A stretch of DNA of 64,000 bases, taken from a virus. Its lineage: Duplodnaviria > Caudoviricetes. Below are positions 15,052 to 24,489 of this stretch, one piece after another. The stretch spans positions 1 through 64,000 of IMG/VR virus record IMGVR_UViG_3300050334_000106; one strand, given 5' to 3'. Position numbers and translations under genes: made by a program. Positions within the stretch are counted from its first letter, which is position 1. Every line of letters begins with the position of its first letter. The notes beneath the pieces are model-generated. The model saw only the letters and a program-made list of their open reading frames with translations. It made no database searches and had not been told where the DNA came from.

Positions 15052-16476
15052 ATGGCCTTTTGGAACGACATGTTTGCAAAGAAATCAAGGGATGCTCCTC
15101 AAAACATACCGCCTGGCAGACGAACCCAAATTGGCAATGGTTTTAATACTACGCTGTCCCCTCACAGGTCAAGAACTTATGACACACTAAAAACATTGCG
15201 ACATATACCAGAGGAAGCTGAAGCTGTAAACTTTCTGAAAAGAGTTAATCCTGATGTATCAATGGCTGGATGGAACTTTATTCGTTTGGCAAATCAGGGG
15301 CATGAAGCTCAGTTCTATGCGCTTGATGGCAAAACCCGACTCACTGATGTCGAAAGCCAGTGGCGTGATTTCGCAGCCCAAATAAATGAAATAAGTAATT
15401 CCGGATTAGATGGATTGCTTGATCAGGTACATGGAAGCCATTTTTTTAGAGGTGCTATGGGATGGGAAGTCGAGGTTAATGAGCGACGTAATGATATATA
15501 CGATATCCACCCGGTTATTCCCCAGACCATTGAATGGGAATTGCTTGATGTGAAGGGCCGAAAGAAATATGTCCCCTACCAATGGAACATGACTGAAAAG
15601 GTTTATTTAGGACCAAATCAGGCAAACTTTTTTTGGGTACCTGCAGATCCTGAAATCGGTGACCCACGCGGCACATTAAACATGACACCGGTTCTACAGG
15701 CTATTGACTTCCAGATGCAAATCCTTCAGGACCTGCAAGCCGTGCTCCATCATCAAGGATACCCCAAGAACGATGTATCCATGGATATTGAAAAGATGTA
15801 TGCCCTCTGCCCTGCTCACATAAAAAACGATGCTGTCAAGCTTGAACAGTGGTTTCAAAAGCAACTTGACAACATGATTCACTCACTTGAAACTATGAAT
15901 CCTGATGCGGATTATGTGCATTTCAGCGATACAACAATTAATACGAATCAGGGTGCCAATGCTGCTCGAAGTCTTGACGTAAGGGCTGTAAACGAATTAG
16001 TTGATACTCAAACGCTATCTGGTTTAAAACAGATGGCTATTTTTATGAACAGGAACCAAGGCGTTACTGAAAGTTGGGGCACCGTCCAATTCCGCATATT
16101 TTGTTCGGGGATTGCTTCTTGTCAACGCGGCAGCAAACGGCTTGTTGAGGAAACCATGCGGCTCTGGTTAAGAGTTAAAGGCATTCAGGCTATTCCGGTG
16201 TTTAAGCATAACACAATTGATTGGAACTCCGAAGAACAGCGTATGACTGTTGAAAAAATGAAGCAGGAATTCTATGCGATTGCTGTATTGATGGGCTGGG
16301 TTGATAATGATGTGGCTGCCCAGGAAGTCATGAAGGTGCAAAAAGCCACCGGGAAGCCTAGTGAAAATATTCGGGCAACTTTTAGTTCGGGAGGTGGTAA
16401 CAGTGGAAATGACAAACATTCGGGGACAAAACTTCAATCAGATGTTTCCAAAGCCAACATTGATTCAATGTCCTAA
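15052..16476 (+). CDS. Portal protein
   Basis: 474 aa, after terL and before the protease; IHPVIPQTIEW and P-G-LNMTPVL portal-like segments. Confidence 0.85.
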   Translation: MAFWNDMFAKKSRDAPQNIPPGRRTQIGNGFNTTLSPHRSRTYDTLKTLRHIPEEAEAVNFLKRVNPDVSMAGWNFIRLANQGHEAQFYALDGKTRLTDVESQWRDFAAQINEISNSGLDGLLDQVHGSHFFRGAMGWEVEVNERRNDIYDIHPVIPQTIEWELLDVKGRKKYVPYQWNMTEKVYLGPNQANFFWVPADPEIGDPRGTLNMTPVLQAIDFQMQILQDLQAVLHHQGYPKNDVSMDIEKMYALCPAHIKNDAVKLEQWFQKQLDNMIHSLETMNPDADYVHFSDTTINTNQGANAARSLDVRAVNELVDTQTLSGLKQMAIFMNRNQGVTESWGTVQFRIFCSGIASCQRGSKRLVEETMRLWLRVKGIQAIPVFKHNTIDWNSEEQRMTVEKMKQEFYAIAVLMGWVDNDVAAQEVMKVQKATGKPSENIRATFSSGGGNSGNDKHSGTKLQSDVSKANIDSMS

Positions 16477-16600
16477 ATGTGGCGGCTGTATGATGGATTA
16501 TGCTCCTGGATTCAAATGCTATACTTGTGGATTTGAACAACCTCCCGTTTTTACGAAAACATCAAGTCATACAATGAAAGAAGGTGATAAATTTGAGTAA
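16361..16600 (+). CDS. Small Zn-ribbon protein overlapping the portal and protease genes (start probably near 16403-16409)
   Basis: CPKCGG...CYTCGF; GGAGGT inside the portal 3' end. Confidence 0.45.
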   Translation: MKIFGQLLVREVVTVEMTNIRGQNFNQMFPKPTLIQCPKCGGCMMDYAPGFKCYTCGFEQPPVFTKTSSHTMKEGDKFE

Positions 16601-18017
16601 ATTCGGAGTACCAACGGAACAGCAGTTGACTAAAATAAATAGGCTTGCCAAAAGAACCTTGTCAGCCGATGAGGTTTTTGCATTTTCAGGGAAATCCGCC
16701 GGTGACATCATGATACCTGGTAGGTATATAAGACTCAGTCCGGAACTTCTAAAGGTTATGATTGACGACGCCCAAAAGGGTGTATCATTCATGTTGAATC
16801 ATAACTGGAGCTCATTTGGTGGCATACAAGGTATTCCTTATGGCAAGGTATTTGATGGAAGGATCGAACAGAGCACGGCAGATGGTGAAACCGTCTCTAT
16901 GATTCTTGACAAATTTATTGTCAGAGATAACGAAACTGTGGACGGCGTTTCCAATGACGCACTCATTAAGAAGATTGAAACTGGCGTATTGTCTGATACT
17001 TCAATAGGTTGGACTACCAATGTAATGACTTGCTCCGTTTGTGGCATGAACTACTACAGTAGAGATTGTAGTCATTGGAAAGGTCAAACCTATGACTTGT
17101 CAGATGGAACAAAGAAACTATGCACAGTAACTGCTATGCCCCCTTCCTTAATAATTCCTTATAACAATAATGCCCTTATGGAAGAAAGTATTGTATGGGA
17201 TGGTGCTTATCCCGGCGCAATGGTAACACAGGCAAAGCATGGAGATGTAATTGAATTGCCGACAGGCAATTTTACGGTCATTCAAGATAAACTTGAATTG
17301 CCTGAAAATACGTCGTTTTATGGCAAATATCATAACGGTGATATTGTGACCATGGTGAAAAAATCAGAACATAAAAAAGTGTTTACTGGTGGGAATGTTA
17401 TATCTGACGATGTGTTATCCTTGAGAACAGCACATGAACTTGAAAATCTTGTAAAGAAAACAGGCAAAGCCGGTAAAAGCGTATGTCAAGCCTTAAAATT
17501 GAAAGGTGGTGAAAAACCAATGAATGAAAAGTTAAAGAAAATGCTTGAAACCTTGGGAGTTTCCTTTGAGGAAGGTAAGACTACCATGGAGGAATTGTGC
17601 AATCAGATTGCTGAAAAGTTCGAGGCTCTTCCGCCTGCCGAACATGCAGAGCATTACATGACTCAGGAACATGCCAAGGAAAAACTCGGCAAAGAACTCT
17701 CTGCTGATGAGCTCTTGAAGCTTGCAACTGATGGTCAGTGCTTTGCGTCACAGAAAGCTGAGTATGATACATACAGGCAGCAGACTATTGACAATGCCAT
17801 TGCAATGGGTGTTCGTGCTATGGGCAATGACTTCCCCGTTGATACATGGAAAGCTACATTTGCATCCATGGGGAAAAAGGCCATTGAAGATATTACAAAA
17901 ACTTGGGAAACTCAGGCCAAAGCTGATATACCGGCAGGAAGATTAACAAATCCGGAAGCAAATAGCCAGAAGCAATCGCAGTCAATACCAGAAGAAATGT
18001 ACCAGGTGGGAAGATAA
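16584..18017 (+). CDS. Prohead protease/scaffold fusion
   Basis: FMLNH and DTSIGW protease-type motifs with a CSVCG..CSH insert, EESIV; helical C-terminal scaffold from MNEKLKK (17520). Confidence 0.8.
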   Translation: MINLSKFGVPTEQQLTKINRLAKRTLSADEVFAFSGKSAGDIMIPGRYIRLSPELLKVMIDDAQKGVSFMLNHNWSSFGGIQGIPYGKVFDGRIEQSTADGETVSMILDKFIVRDNETVDGVSNDALIKKIETGVLSDTSIGWTTNVMTCSVCGMNYYSRDCSHWKGQTYDLSDGTKKLCTVTAMPPSLIIPYNNNALMEESIVWDGAYPGAMVTQAKHGDVIELPTGNFTVIQDKLELPENTSFYGKYHNGDIVTMVKKSEHKKVFTGGNVISDDVLSLRTAHELENLVKKTGKAGKSVCQALKLKGGEKPMNEKLKKMLETLGVSFEEGKTTMEELCNQIAEKFEALPPAEHAEHYMTQEHAKEKLGKELSADELLKLATDGQCFASQKAEYDTYRQQTIDNAIAMGVRAMGNDFPVDTWKATFASMGKKAIEDITKTWETQAKADIPAGRLTNPEANSQKQSQSIPEEMYQVGR

Positions 18018-18032
18018 TTGAAGATCAATACA

Positions 18033-18056
18033 AACCGCTTATGGGCGGTTATTTTT
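18033..18056 (+). terminator. Intrinsic terminator
   Basis: AACCGC-TTATGG-GCGGTT-ATTTTT. Confidence 0.75.
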
Positions 18057-18091
18057 ATGCTCTGAAACAGAGTGGAAAGGAAGTGTTCTAA

Positions 18092-18520
18092 ATGCCAAGA
18101 GGTGGAATTTCATTCGAAAGTATAGGCTTTCACGCGACAACATATAAGGCCGGTGCAGGAATAAAAGCATTGGTTGCTGCTGGTGGATTTGACACCAGAA
18201 CTGGATTGCCTACCGGGAAAGACCTTGTAAAAGACTTGCCGGTTGTTATAAGTGCAGCAGGTACGGTTGACCTTGGAACTGATGGAGATACAGTATTCGG
18301 ATTTATTGATATCTATGAATTTGATGGTTACTGTTCCGTTCAGGATGCTGGATATCGCACAGGTGTGCCCACTACAGCAACTGCACCAACTGTCGGCAAA
18401 ATCGTAGCACTAGACGGTGCCGGCAAGGTCAAGGATAGTGCCACAACTGCAAAATTAAGAAATCCGGTTTTTGTTGAGGTAGATGCCACATCAAAGACTG
18501 CAACTGTATTCATCGGTTAA
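18092..18520 (+). CDS. Capsid decoration/stabilising protein
   Basis: Ala/Gly/Thr-rich beta protein directly before the major capsid gene. Confidence 0.7.
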   Translation: MPRGGISFESIGFHATTYKAGAGIKALVAAGGFDTRTGLPTGKDLVKDLPVVISAAGTVDLGTDGDTVFGFIDIYEFDGYCSVQDAGYRTGVPTTATAPTVGKIVALDGAGKVKDSATTAKLRNPVFVEVDATSKTATVFIG

Positions 18521-18539
18521 TTGAGAGGAGATGATATAA

Positions 18540-19628
18540 TTGGCTATTTTACTAAAAGAATTGCATGGCGGGCTTTATAAGCAAGCTCACGAACAGGGAA
18601 TAACATTCTCAGCATTGCTGGAAAAAGAAAATCCCTCCAAGCCGGACAGTAAGCTTGATGCTTATGAGAGGCTGATGATGGAGGCAGGAATTCTCCCACA
18701 GTCCAACCATTCTAAGAATGTTTTTGCTTCATCTGTTGAAGCGTTCTATCGCACCGACGAGAATAAAGCACTTTTCCCTGAATATGTTGCAAGGACTCTG
18801 GTTAAGGCGATGACGGTATTCCCGCTTTATAATTATCTTGTGGCTAACAGGTTCGGTATTGATGGTAATGTCTACAGTGCTACATACCTCGACCTTGATG
18901 ATGCTGTAAACAAGAAGGCTATGCAAATGAAGCGTGTCACAGAAGCCGGTGACCTTCCGGTTGCTAAATTGAGACTTGGAAAGTCTGCCATTCAGTTCTC
19001 AAAGTACGGAATGGGTGTTGAAGCTTCCTATGAGGCTATACGCAGAATGAGTTTGGACCTTTTCAATATTCATATTAGAGCTATCGGAACCTACGCTGCT
19101 GATAATAAAGTTGCAGAAATTCTTTCAGTTATCAAAGACGGTGACGGCAACAGCAATGCTGCTCCGGTGGTAAAGACAAGTGACCTTGATTCAACTGCTA
19201 CTGCGGCAATTTCGAAAGATGTATGGATTAAGTTCCTGCTTTCATTCTATCCTTACAACTGCAATACCGTGGTTGCAAATGTTGATGGATTGCTCCAGAT
19301 CCTCAAGGTACTATACCCGGCATCTGAAATTGCAAGTAAAATGGACGAATTGCTTGCCAACGGATTGAAGGTGAGTACGGTCCTTCCTCAGAATCTGATC
19401 GCAAATACAACACTACTCTATAGCCCTGAGATTGAAAAAATTAGTGGCAAAGAGGTTGTATACGGAATTGATAGAAACAACACTATTGAGGAAATATTCG
19501 AACTTGGCTCCACAATTAATGAGGCTGATAAGTTTATCAAAAACCAGACTCAGATCATGACAGTATCCGAGAACAGTGGATTCAGAAAGATTCTCAAAGG
19601 TGCTTCTAAAATTCTGAGTATCCAGTAA
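18540..19628 (+). CDS. Major capsid protein (HK97 fold)
   Basis: VTEAGDLP, KYGMGVEASYEAIRR; size and position. Confidence 0.9.
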   Translation: MAILLKELHGGLYKQAHEQGITFSALLEKENPSKPDSKLDAYERLMMEAGILPQSNHSKNVFASSVEAFYRTDENKALFPEYVARTLVKAMTVFPLYNYLVANRFGIDGNVYSATYLDLDDAVNKKAMQMKRVTEAGDLPVAKLRLGKSAIQFSKYGMGVEASYEAIRRMSLDLFNIHIRAIGTYAADNKVAEILSVIKDGDGNSNAAPVVKTSDLDSTATAAISKDVWIKFLLSFYPYNCNTVVANVDGLLQILKVLYPASEIASKMDELLANGLKVSTVLPQNLIANTTLLYSPEIEKISGKEVVYGIDRNNTIEEIFELGSTINEADKFIKNQTQIMTVSENSGFRKILKGASKILSIQ

Positions 19629-19646
19629 AAAGGGGGTGCCTCCCCT

Positions 19647-20075
19647 ATGGCAAACAAGATTTTAGTTGATATGGGTTGGCAACAGAGAATACGGGATAAA
19701 CTGGGCGTTTTTGACTCATACCTCCTGGATTCAGTTATTGAACAACCAGACCATATAACCGTGGCAGAGGCGAACATAATAGCACAATTGCCCGATTACA
19801 GCAGTATTACGGATGATACCGCAAGGGTTTATCTTGAAGCTGCCGTAGTTTGTGAGTGCGCTGCTTTAATATGTCCCTCCCTTCCTACCCGGTTACCTAC
19901 AAAAGAAACTGGCCCACACGAAAGCCATGAGCTTAATGTGGATTGGGAAAAAACAAAAGCTGACCTTGAGGTGGAGCGGGATGTATATATTGGGAAGGTT
20001 ATTGAATTGGCCTTTCCTGAATTGTCCCCTCCTCCCATGCTTCATTTTACAGTAACACATCCGAGGCGGTGGTAA
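19647..20075 (+). CDS. Head-tail connector/adaptor
   Basis: Follows the MCP; helical adaptor pattern YLEAAVVCECAALIC. Confidence 0.7.
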   Translation: MANKILVDMGWQQRIRDKLGVFDSYLLDSVIEQPDHITVAEANIIAQLPDYSSITDDTARVYLEAAVVCECAALICPSLPTRLPTKETGPHESHELNVDWEKTKADLEVERDVYIGKVIELAFPELSPPPMLHFTVTHPRRW

Positions 20076-20076
20076 T

Positions 20077-20661
20077 ATGTCATATGCCGGAAACAATCTA
20101 CGGGCTCGTGGACAGAGTTGTACTATTCTCCGGGACCCTGCTATCAACACGAAAGTTTCTATTAAACGGTCAACAAAATCAAGCCACGACCTCGGCTCGA
20201 GGGAAGCATATTGGGAAGGATTAATTCTATCTGATGTTGCTCTACTAAGTGGTGAAATCCTTCAGATAGACGGCAGCAAGTACCTGGTTCAGTCAACCAA
20301 TCCTGACCCGGCATCCGGTGAAACTGCCTTGTTTATCGCTAAATGCAATGCTGTTATTCAACATAAGAGGTATGTTGAAGATGTTGACGATAACGGAAAT
20401 TTGATTCAGGAGTGGCAGACGCTTCACTCCGATGTACCTTGCTATGGTGAAATAATAACCTATCGGCTCCGGCAAGAAGACCCAGGACTATTGGACAGCA
20501 CAAAATATACTTTTCAAGTCCCTAAAGCCCTGGGAGTTGTTTTACTTGATAGGTTTGTATACGGTAATGGTCCGGATAATAAATATCAAGTTTCAAGTAT
20601 TGATGAAATTGGAATGTCTGGTGTATCAAGAATTCAACTTGAATCTGATACCCGGCCATAA
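20077..20661 (+). CDS. Head closure/head-tail joining protein
   Basis: Position; WQTLHSDVPC and KYQVSSID beta patterns. Confidence 0.65.
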   Translation: MSYAGNNLRARGQSCTILRDPAINTKVSIKRSTKSSHDLGSREAYWEGLILSDVALLSGEILQIDGSKYLVQSTNPDPASGETALFIAKCNAVIQHKRYVEDVDDNGNLIQEWQTLHSDVPCYGEIITYRLRQEDPGLLDSTKYTFQVPKALGVVLLDRFVYGNGPDNKYQVSSIDEIGMSGVSRIQLESDTRP

Positions 20662-20683
20662 ATAAAATTTGGAGGCGAATTTT

Positions 20684-20956
20684 ATGACAAGAAGAAATAA
20701 TGCAAAGATACCAATACCGGGATTACCGGAAAGAATTCGATTATGCAGAGAAAAGTCCGGATACTCAATGGATAAGTTGATAGTGCATCTCGGGATAACA
20801 AAATCTGCTTATAGGAACTATGAAACTGGCGAAGCTGAGCCATGTCTTGCTATCCTTGTTAAAATGTCATTGCTGTTTGGCGTTTCTGTAAACTTTTTAT
20901 TAGGAATTAAAGGTGACGAATTGCTTGGGAAGATAAACCCTGAGGAGGGCCTATGA
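20684..20956 (+). CDS. XRE-family HTH protein inside the morphogenesis operon
   Basis: RIRLCREKSGYSMDKL..LGITKSAYRNYETGEAEP. Confidence 0.85.
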   Translation: MTRRNNAKIPIPGLPERIRLCREKSGYSMDKLIVHLGITKSAYRNYETGEAEPCLAILVKMSLLFGVSVNFLLGIKGDELLGKINPEEGL

Positions 20957-21336
20957 GCGAAAAAGAATTGTATGCTGAATATCTCGGCGAAGGCTATCAC
21001 GCCAAACTACGGCATATGCTGACTGCTGATGAAACCCTTCTTCCTAACAGGATTATTGATGCCGATTTAAACATCCGTGGTATGAAACGGCTTGTTGCTC
21101 CAGCTTTGGAGAGAATGAACATGACAGGCAATAAAATTGATGATGAGCGAAAATGGAACCAGCTTTCCTCCGCCGCATTATATTATCTGGCTGGTATCCT
21201 ATGCATGGCTATGAAAAGTCGTACCTCTGCCTCACCTTTTAATGTGCCAAAGTACAAGAAACCTTGGGATAAAAAACAGGCTGGTTATATGCAGAAAGCA
21301 AATCTATTAATGGAAGGACTGAGGCAAATGGGATAA
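20953..21336 (+). CDS. Paralog of the head-tail connector (19647..20075)
   Basis: Aligns by eye: GY..KLR.ML....LLP..II vs GW..RIR.KL....LL..VI; IDD......LSSAA...LAGILC vs ITDD.....LEAAV...AALIC. Confidence 0.55.
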   Translation: MSEKELYAEYLGEGYHAKLRHMLTADETLLPNRIIDADLNIRGMKRLVAPALERMNMTGNKIDDERKWNQLSSAALYYLAGILCMAMKSRTSASPFNVPKYKKPWDKKQAGYMQKANLLMEGLRQMG

Positions 21337-21380
21337 GGTTTGATTCAACCGGCTGTATTGCTGCACTAAAGCTTGAACTC

Positions 21381-21869
21381 ATGACATCCATGAAGCAACT
21401 CCAGCAGGAACTTCTTGCCGAAGCCAAACAAGGAATGCTCACATCTGAAGGCGCTGAGGACTTAGAAGCTGATGATATCGGAATTGTGGCAAATGTGATT
21501 ATAGCCTCAATTGTCGGTGGTCCGTGGGCTGTACTTGACGAATGGGGCTATGGTTCATTGATGGACCCCAATAATCCTGCTCTCGAAGATTACAAAAGCA
21601 GTGGCATGTGGAATCCGGCCCGACGCGATAATAAAATCCGAAGCAGACCAAAGCAACCTGGGCAAACCGATATTTTTGGCAATTCTGTTGACGGCAGAGG
21701 AAAAGGCGGTCATGACCTTGAGGCAGATGGGAAAGTCCAGCCACAACCTCCATCTCATGCGCTACAAACTGCTTCAAGGTGGATGGCTAATGGCAGGATG
21801 AAAGAAGTAATACAAAACACTATTAAAACCTTTCCTTTTGGAAGGTTTTTTATTGTGGATAAAAAATGA
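21381..21869 (+). CDS. Tail completion/neck protein (HK97 gp10-like position)
   Basis: Position; VLDEWGYGSLMD; the frame is open upstream to at least 21330 (GIRFDS...). Confidence 0.55.
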   Translation: MTSMKQLQQELLAEAKQGMLTSEGAEDLEADDIGIVANVIIASIVGGPWAVLDEWGYGSLMDPNNPALEDYKSSGMWNPARRDNKIRSRPKQPGQTDIFGNSVDGRGKGGHDLEADGKVQPQPPSHALQTASRWMANGRMKEVIQNTIKTFPFGRFFIVDKK

Positions 21870-21885
21870 CTTTGGAGGCGATTTT

Positions 21886-22875
21886 ATGGGCAGACCGGCA
21901 GAGGCGAGAATGAGGGTCGAGAGAGAATATGGTAAGCCAATCAAAGAATTAATGCAGGAATTGTATATCGACAAAAACATGCATAGTTCCGAGATCGCGA
22001 AATTATTAGGCGTAACTATAACACCAATTTTAAAATGGTGTAAAGCTTCGGGAATATCCATAAAACCTAGAGGTGGCAGAATTGATTTTCCTGAAAGCCT
22101 ATATCCGCAAATGTTCAAATTGTATCAGGATGGTTTATCGTCTGCCGAGATTGCCGAAAAATTTGGCTGTTCAGATAACACTGTTCTCTCTGCAATAAGA
22201 AAACTTGGCGGGCACATTAAAACGCCGCGTGAAAGGGTTAAACGTACCTATACTCTAAACGAAAGTTATTTTTCAAATATTGATACGCCTATGAAAGCAT
22301 ATTTTCTCGGATGGGCCGCTTCCGATGGATGTGTTAGAAAAGACAAAGATGGATATTCTTATAGACTAAAAATTCACGAGAAAGATATTGAAGTTATCCA
22401 TATGTTTAGGAAAGAAATCAGCTCGGATTCGCTTATTTGCTACGAAACCATGGCGAACGGAAACAAAGCGGCTTTCATCAAGGTATATTCGGCGCAGTTT
22501 GTTGACGACTTAATCTCTCGCGGCGTAATACCGAACAAAAGCAAAGTCATGTCTGCCCCGATTGGCTTGCCTTATGAACTGGAAGGACATTTTATACGAG
22601 GATATTTTGATGGCAATGGGTCTGTTATGTATTCACATAAGGGAATGAATTTTCTTAAAATTGAGTTTTCGGGTGCTACGCCAATAATTGAATGGATTGC
22701 AGAGAGCATTCAAAATCATACCGGACTCCCTAAAAATAAGGTCTGCATGCGTGAGCCATACTTCTCTACCCTATCGTATTCATGTTCAAAAGTATCTATC
22801 ATCAATAGATTCATTTATCCGACTGAAAATGAGTTTGGCCTGAATCGCAAGAAAATTTTACTTTTTACCGCATAA
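21886..22875 (+). CDS. Free-standing LAGLIDADG homing endonuclease with N-terminal HTH domains
   Basis: AYFLGWAASDG and FIRGYFDGNG; two HTH-like segments. Confidence 0.9.
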   Translation: MGRPAEARMRVEREYGKPIKELMQELYIDKNMHSSEIAKLLGVTITPILKWCKASGISIKPRGGRIDFPESLYPQMFKLYQDGLSSAEIAEKFGCSDNTVLSAIRKLGGHIKTPRERVKRTYTLNESYFSNIDTPMKAYFLGWAASDGCVRKDKDGYSYRLKIHEKDIEVIHMFRKEISSDSLICYETMANGNKAAFIKVYSAQFVDDLISRGVIPNKSKVMSAPIGLPYELEGHFIRGYFDGNGSVMYSHKGMNFLKIEFSGATPIIEWIAESIQNHTGLPKNKVCMREPYFSTLSYSCSKVSIINRFIYPTENEFGLNRKKILLFTA

Positions 22876-22888
22876 CAATTTTCATGTT

Positions 22889-22912
22889 GGCCGCCTGCAA
22901 GCGGTTATTTTT
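22889..22912 (+). terminator. Intrinsic terminator
   Basis: GGCCGC-CTGCAA-GCGGTT-ATTTTT. Confidence 0.65.
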
Positions 22913-22924
22913 ATGCCCTGAAAG

Positions 22925-23353
22925 GTGGTGATGCCTTTGTACAATCCTTCGCAGGACCTTACGGCCGTACAGTCAATTTTAAAATCTGATTCATCCATAC
23001 TTGCCTTACTTGATCTTATTGGCGCAACACCTGTTAATATCGCAAAACGAATTATAAAGCGTAGCCAGTGGAATGACCTTGTTGGAAGTGATAAACGATT
23101 ATGCGTATATTTCCTCCCTGCTCGTAGAGCCCGCAACGAAAGTTTTTTTGAAGAAATCATGGAGATCGATTGTCATGTGCCGGCTATCGAAGATTACAAG
23201 GCTTGGCAGGTTCAGGAGCAGATTTTTAAATTACTTCACAAGAAAAAGGTAAATAGCAGATATATTTTTGCAGAGCCTCCGCTTGGTGAACTCCCCACCA
23301 TACCAGGCTTTTTTTGTTGCGGGAGCAGATACAGATTTTACAGAAATCTTTGA
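22925..23353 (+). CDS. Tail terminator-like protein
   Basis: Position before the major tail gene; EIDCHVPA motif. Confidence 0.6.
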   Translation: MVMPLYNPSQDLTAVQSILKSDSSILALLDLIGATPVNIAKRIIKRSQWNDLVGSDKRLCVYFLPARRARNESFFEEIMEIDCHVPAIEDYKAWQVQEQIFKLLHKKKVNSRYIFAEPPLGELPTIPGFFCCGSRYRFYRNL

Positions 23354-23366
23354 AAGGATGTGTTTT

Positions 23367-24149
23367 ATGCAACCAATTTATTTTTCCAAGGCTGGAAAAC
23401 TTCAGCTTAACAAGTACGTGAATGGTATCCCTGTAAGAAGTGCTACCACTTCATACTTCAGGAATGGTGCTGTGCAGCAGATTACACCCAACATCACAAT
23501 TAATGGTTCACCAATCGCTGATGGTAATAGCCTTTGGAACGCTGCAAATCCGGATACCAGTATCGAAGGTACTCTGGCAGTCCAGTTGGGTTTTATGCCT
23601 CCTGAACTTTACGCCTTCATTATGGGTGATACTTCCGAGGAATTGACTAATGCTTCATTCCCTGTTGTGGATGAAGAAATCATAGTTCCGATGAAAGCCC
23701 CTTATACGGTTAAGCTCAAGCATGAGCCAATTGTCAATACTCCATTCCTGCTGGTCGATAGAGATGCAAAGGCTTGGGAGTCTGCAACATCAACAGCGGC
23801 AGCCGGTAAATATCTTCTTGATGGAGACGAACTTGAATTCGTAGCCGCAGATGCAGGTAAAGCTTTATTTGTCTCTTACGATTATCAGGCAGCTACTGCC
23901 ACTAGGTTTGGACTTCCAAAAACTCCAGTCAGACCTGCATATCAACTTATCATATCCTCTGAGGCCACAGGTGAGGACGACACATTGTTTGAGGCGGCTA
24001 TTGTTGTTGATAAATGTAAGGTAATGGGTTCAATCAATCCGCCACAGCAGGGCGGTACCCCTCAACCGGTTACAGTTACCTTTACAATTTTGAAGCCTCG
24101 TGGCAATAACAGAGCTGTCGATTATACAGTAACCCCTATAACTGCATAA
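23367..24149 (+). CDS. Major tail tube protein
   Basis: Start MQPIYF after a GAAAGGA RBS; position before the chaperones and TMP. Confidence 0.8.
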   Translation: MQPIYFSKAGKLQLNKYVNGIPVRSATTSYFRNGAVQQITPNITINGSPIADGNSLWNAANPDTSIEGTLAVQLGFMPPELYAFIMGDTSEELTNASFPVVDEEIIVPMKAPYTVKLKHEPIVNTPFLLVDRDAKAWESATSTAAAGKYLLDGDELEFVAADAGKALFVSYDYQAATATRFGLPKTPVRPAYQLIISSEATGEDDTLFEAAIVVDKCKVMGSINPPQQGGTPQPVTVTFTILKPRGNNRAVDYTVTPITA

Positions 24150-24162
24150 GGAGGAATAATTT

Positions 24163-24489
24163 ATGGGTAATGTAACTGAAAAGACACCTATTTCCTTCGG
24201 TGTAATGGCTGGGGAGGGTGAGTCTTTTGTTATCAACGAAAAAAGCTACACCGTAAAGCCTATGCTTGTCGGTGATGCTCTCAGGTTTGCAGAAGATGGG
24301 TTATTTATCGATGTTCAGCTTTTTAATCTCGGAAACAAAAAGGCCAAAGCAAAGCTTGATGAATACCTGTCCAGGTACTGCATTGATGAAAATAATGAAT
24401 CAATGTCAATTGAAAAAATCACTGCTGATAACTGGAATCTCGTCCATTTAAAGCAGTTTGTTAAAAAGTTGGTTGATATATCGGGCTGA
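24163..24489 (+). CDS. Tail assembly chaperone (G-like)
   Basis: Between the tail tube and TMP; ends DISG-stop. Confidence 0.75.
   Translation: MGNVTEKTPISFGVMAGEGESFVINEKSYTVKPMLVGDALRFAEDGLFIDVQLFNLGNKKAKAKLDEYLSRYCIDENNESMSIEKITADNWNLVHLKQFVKKLVDISG

Noticed and set aside
21886-22875. Group I intron or intein hosting the LAGLIDADG ORF
   Set aside because: Flanking genes have their own starts and stops, the spacers are too short for a ribozyme core, and the ORF has its own RBS
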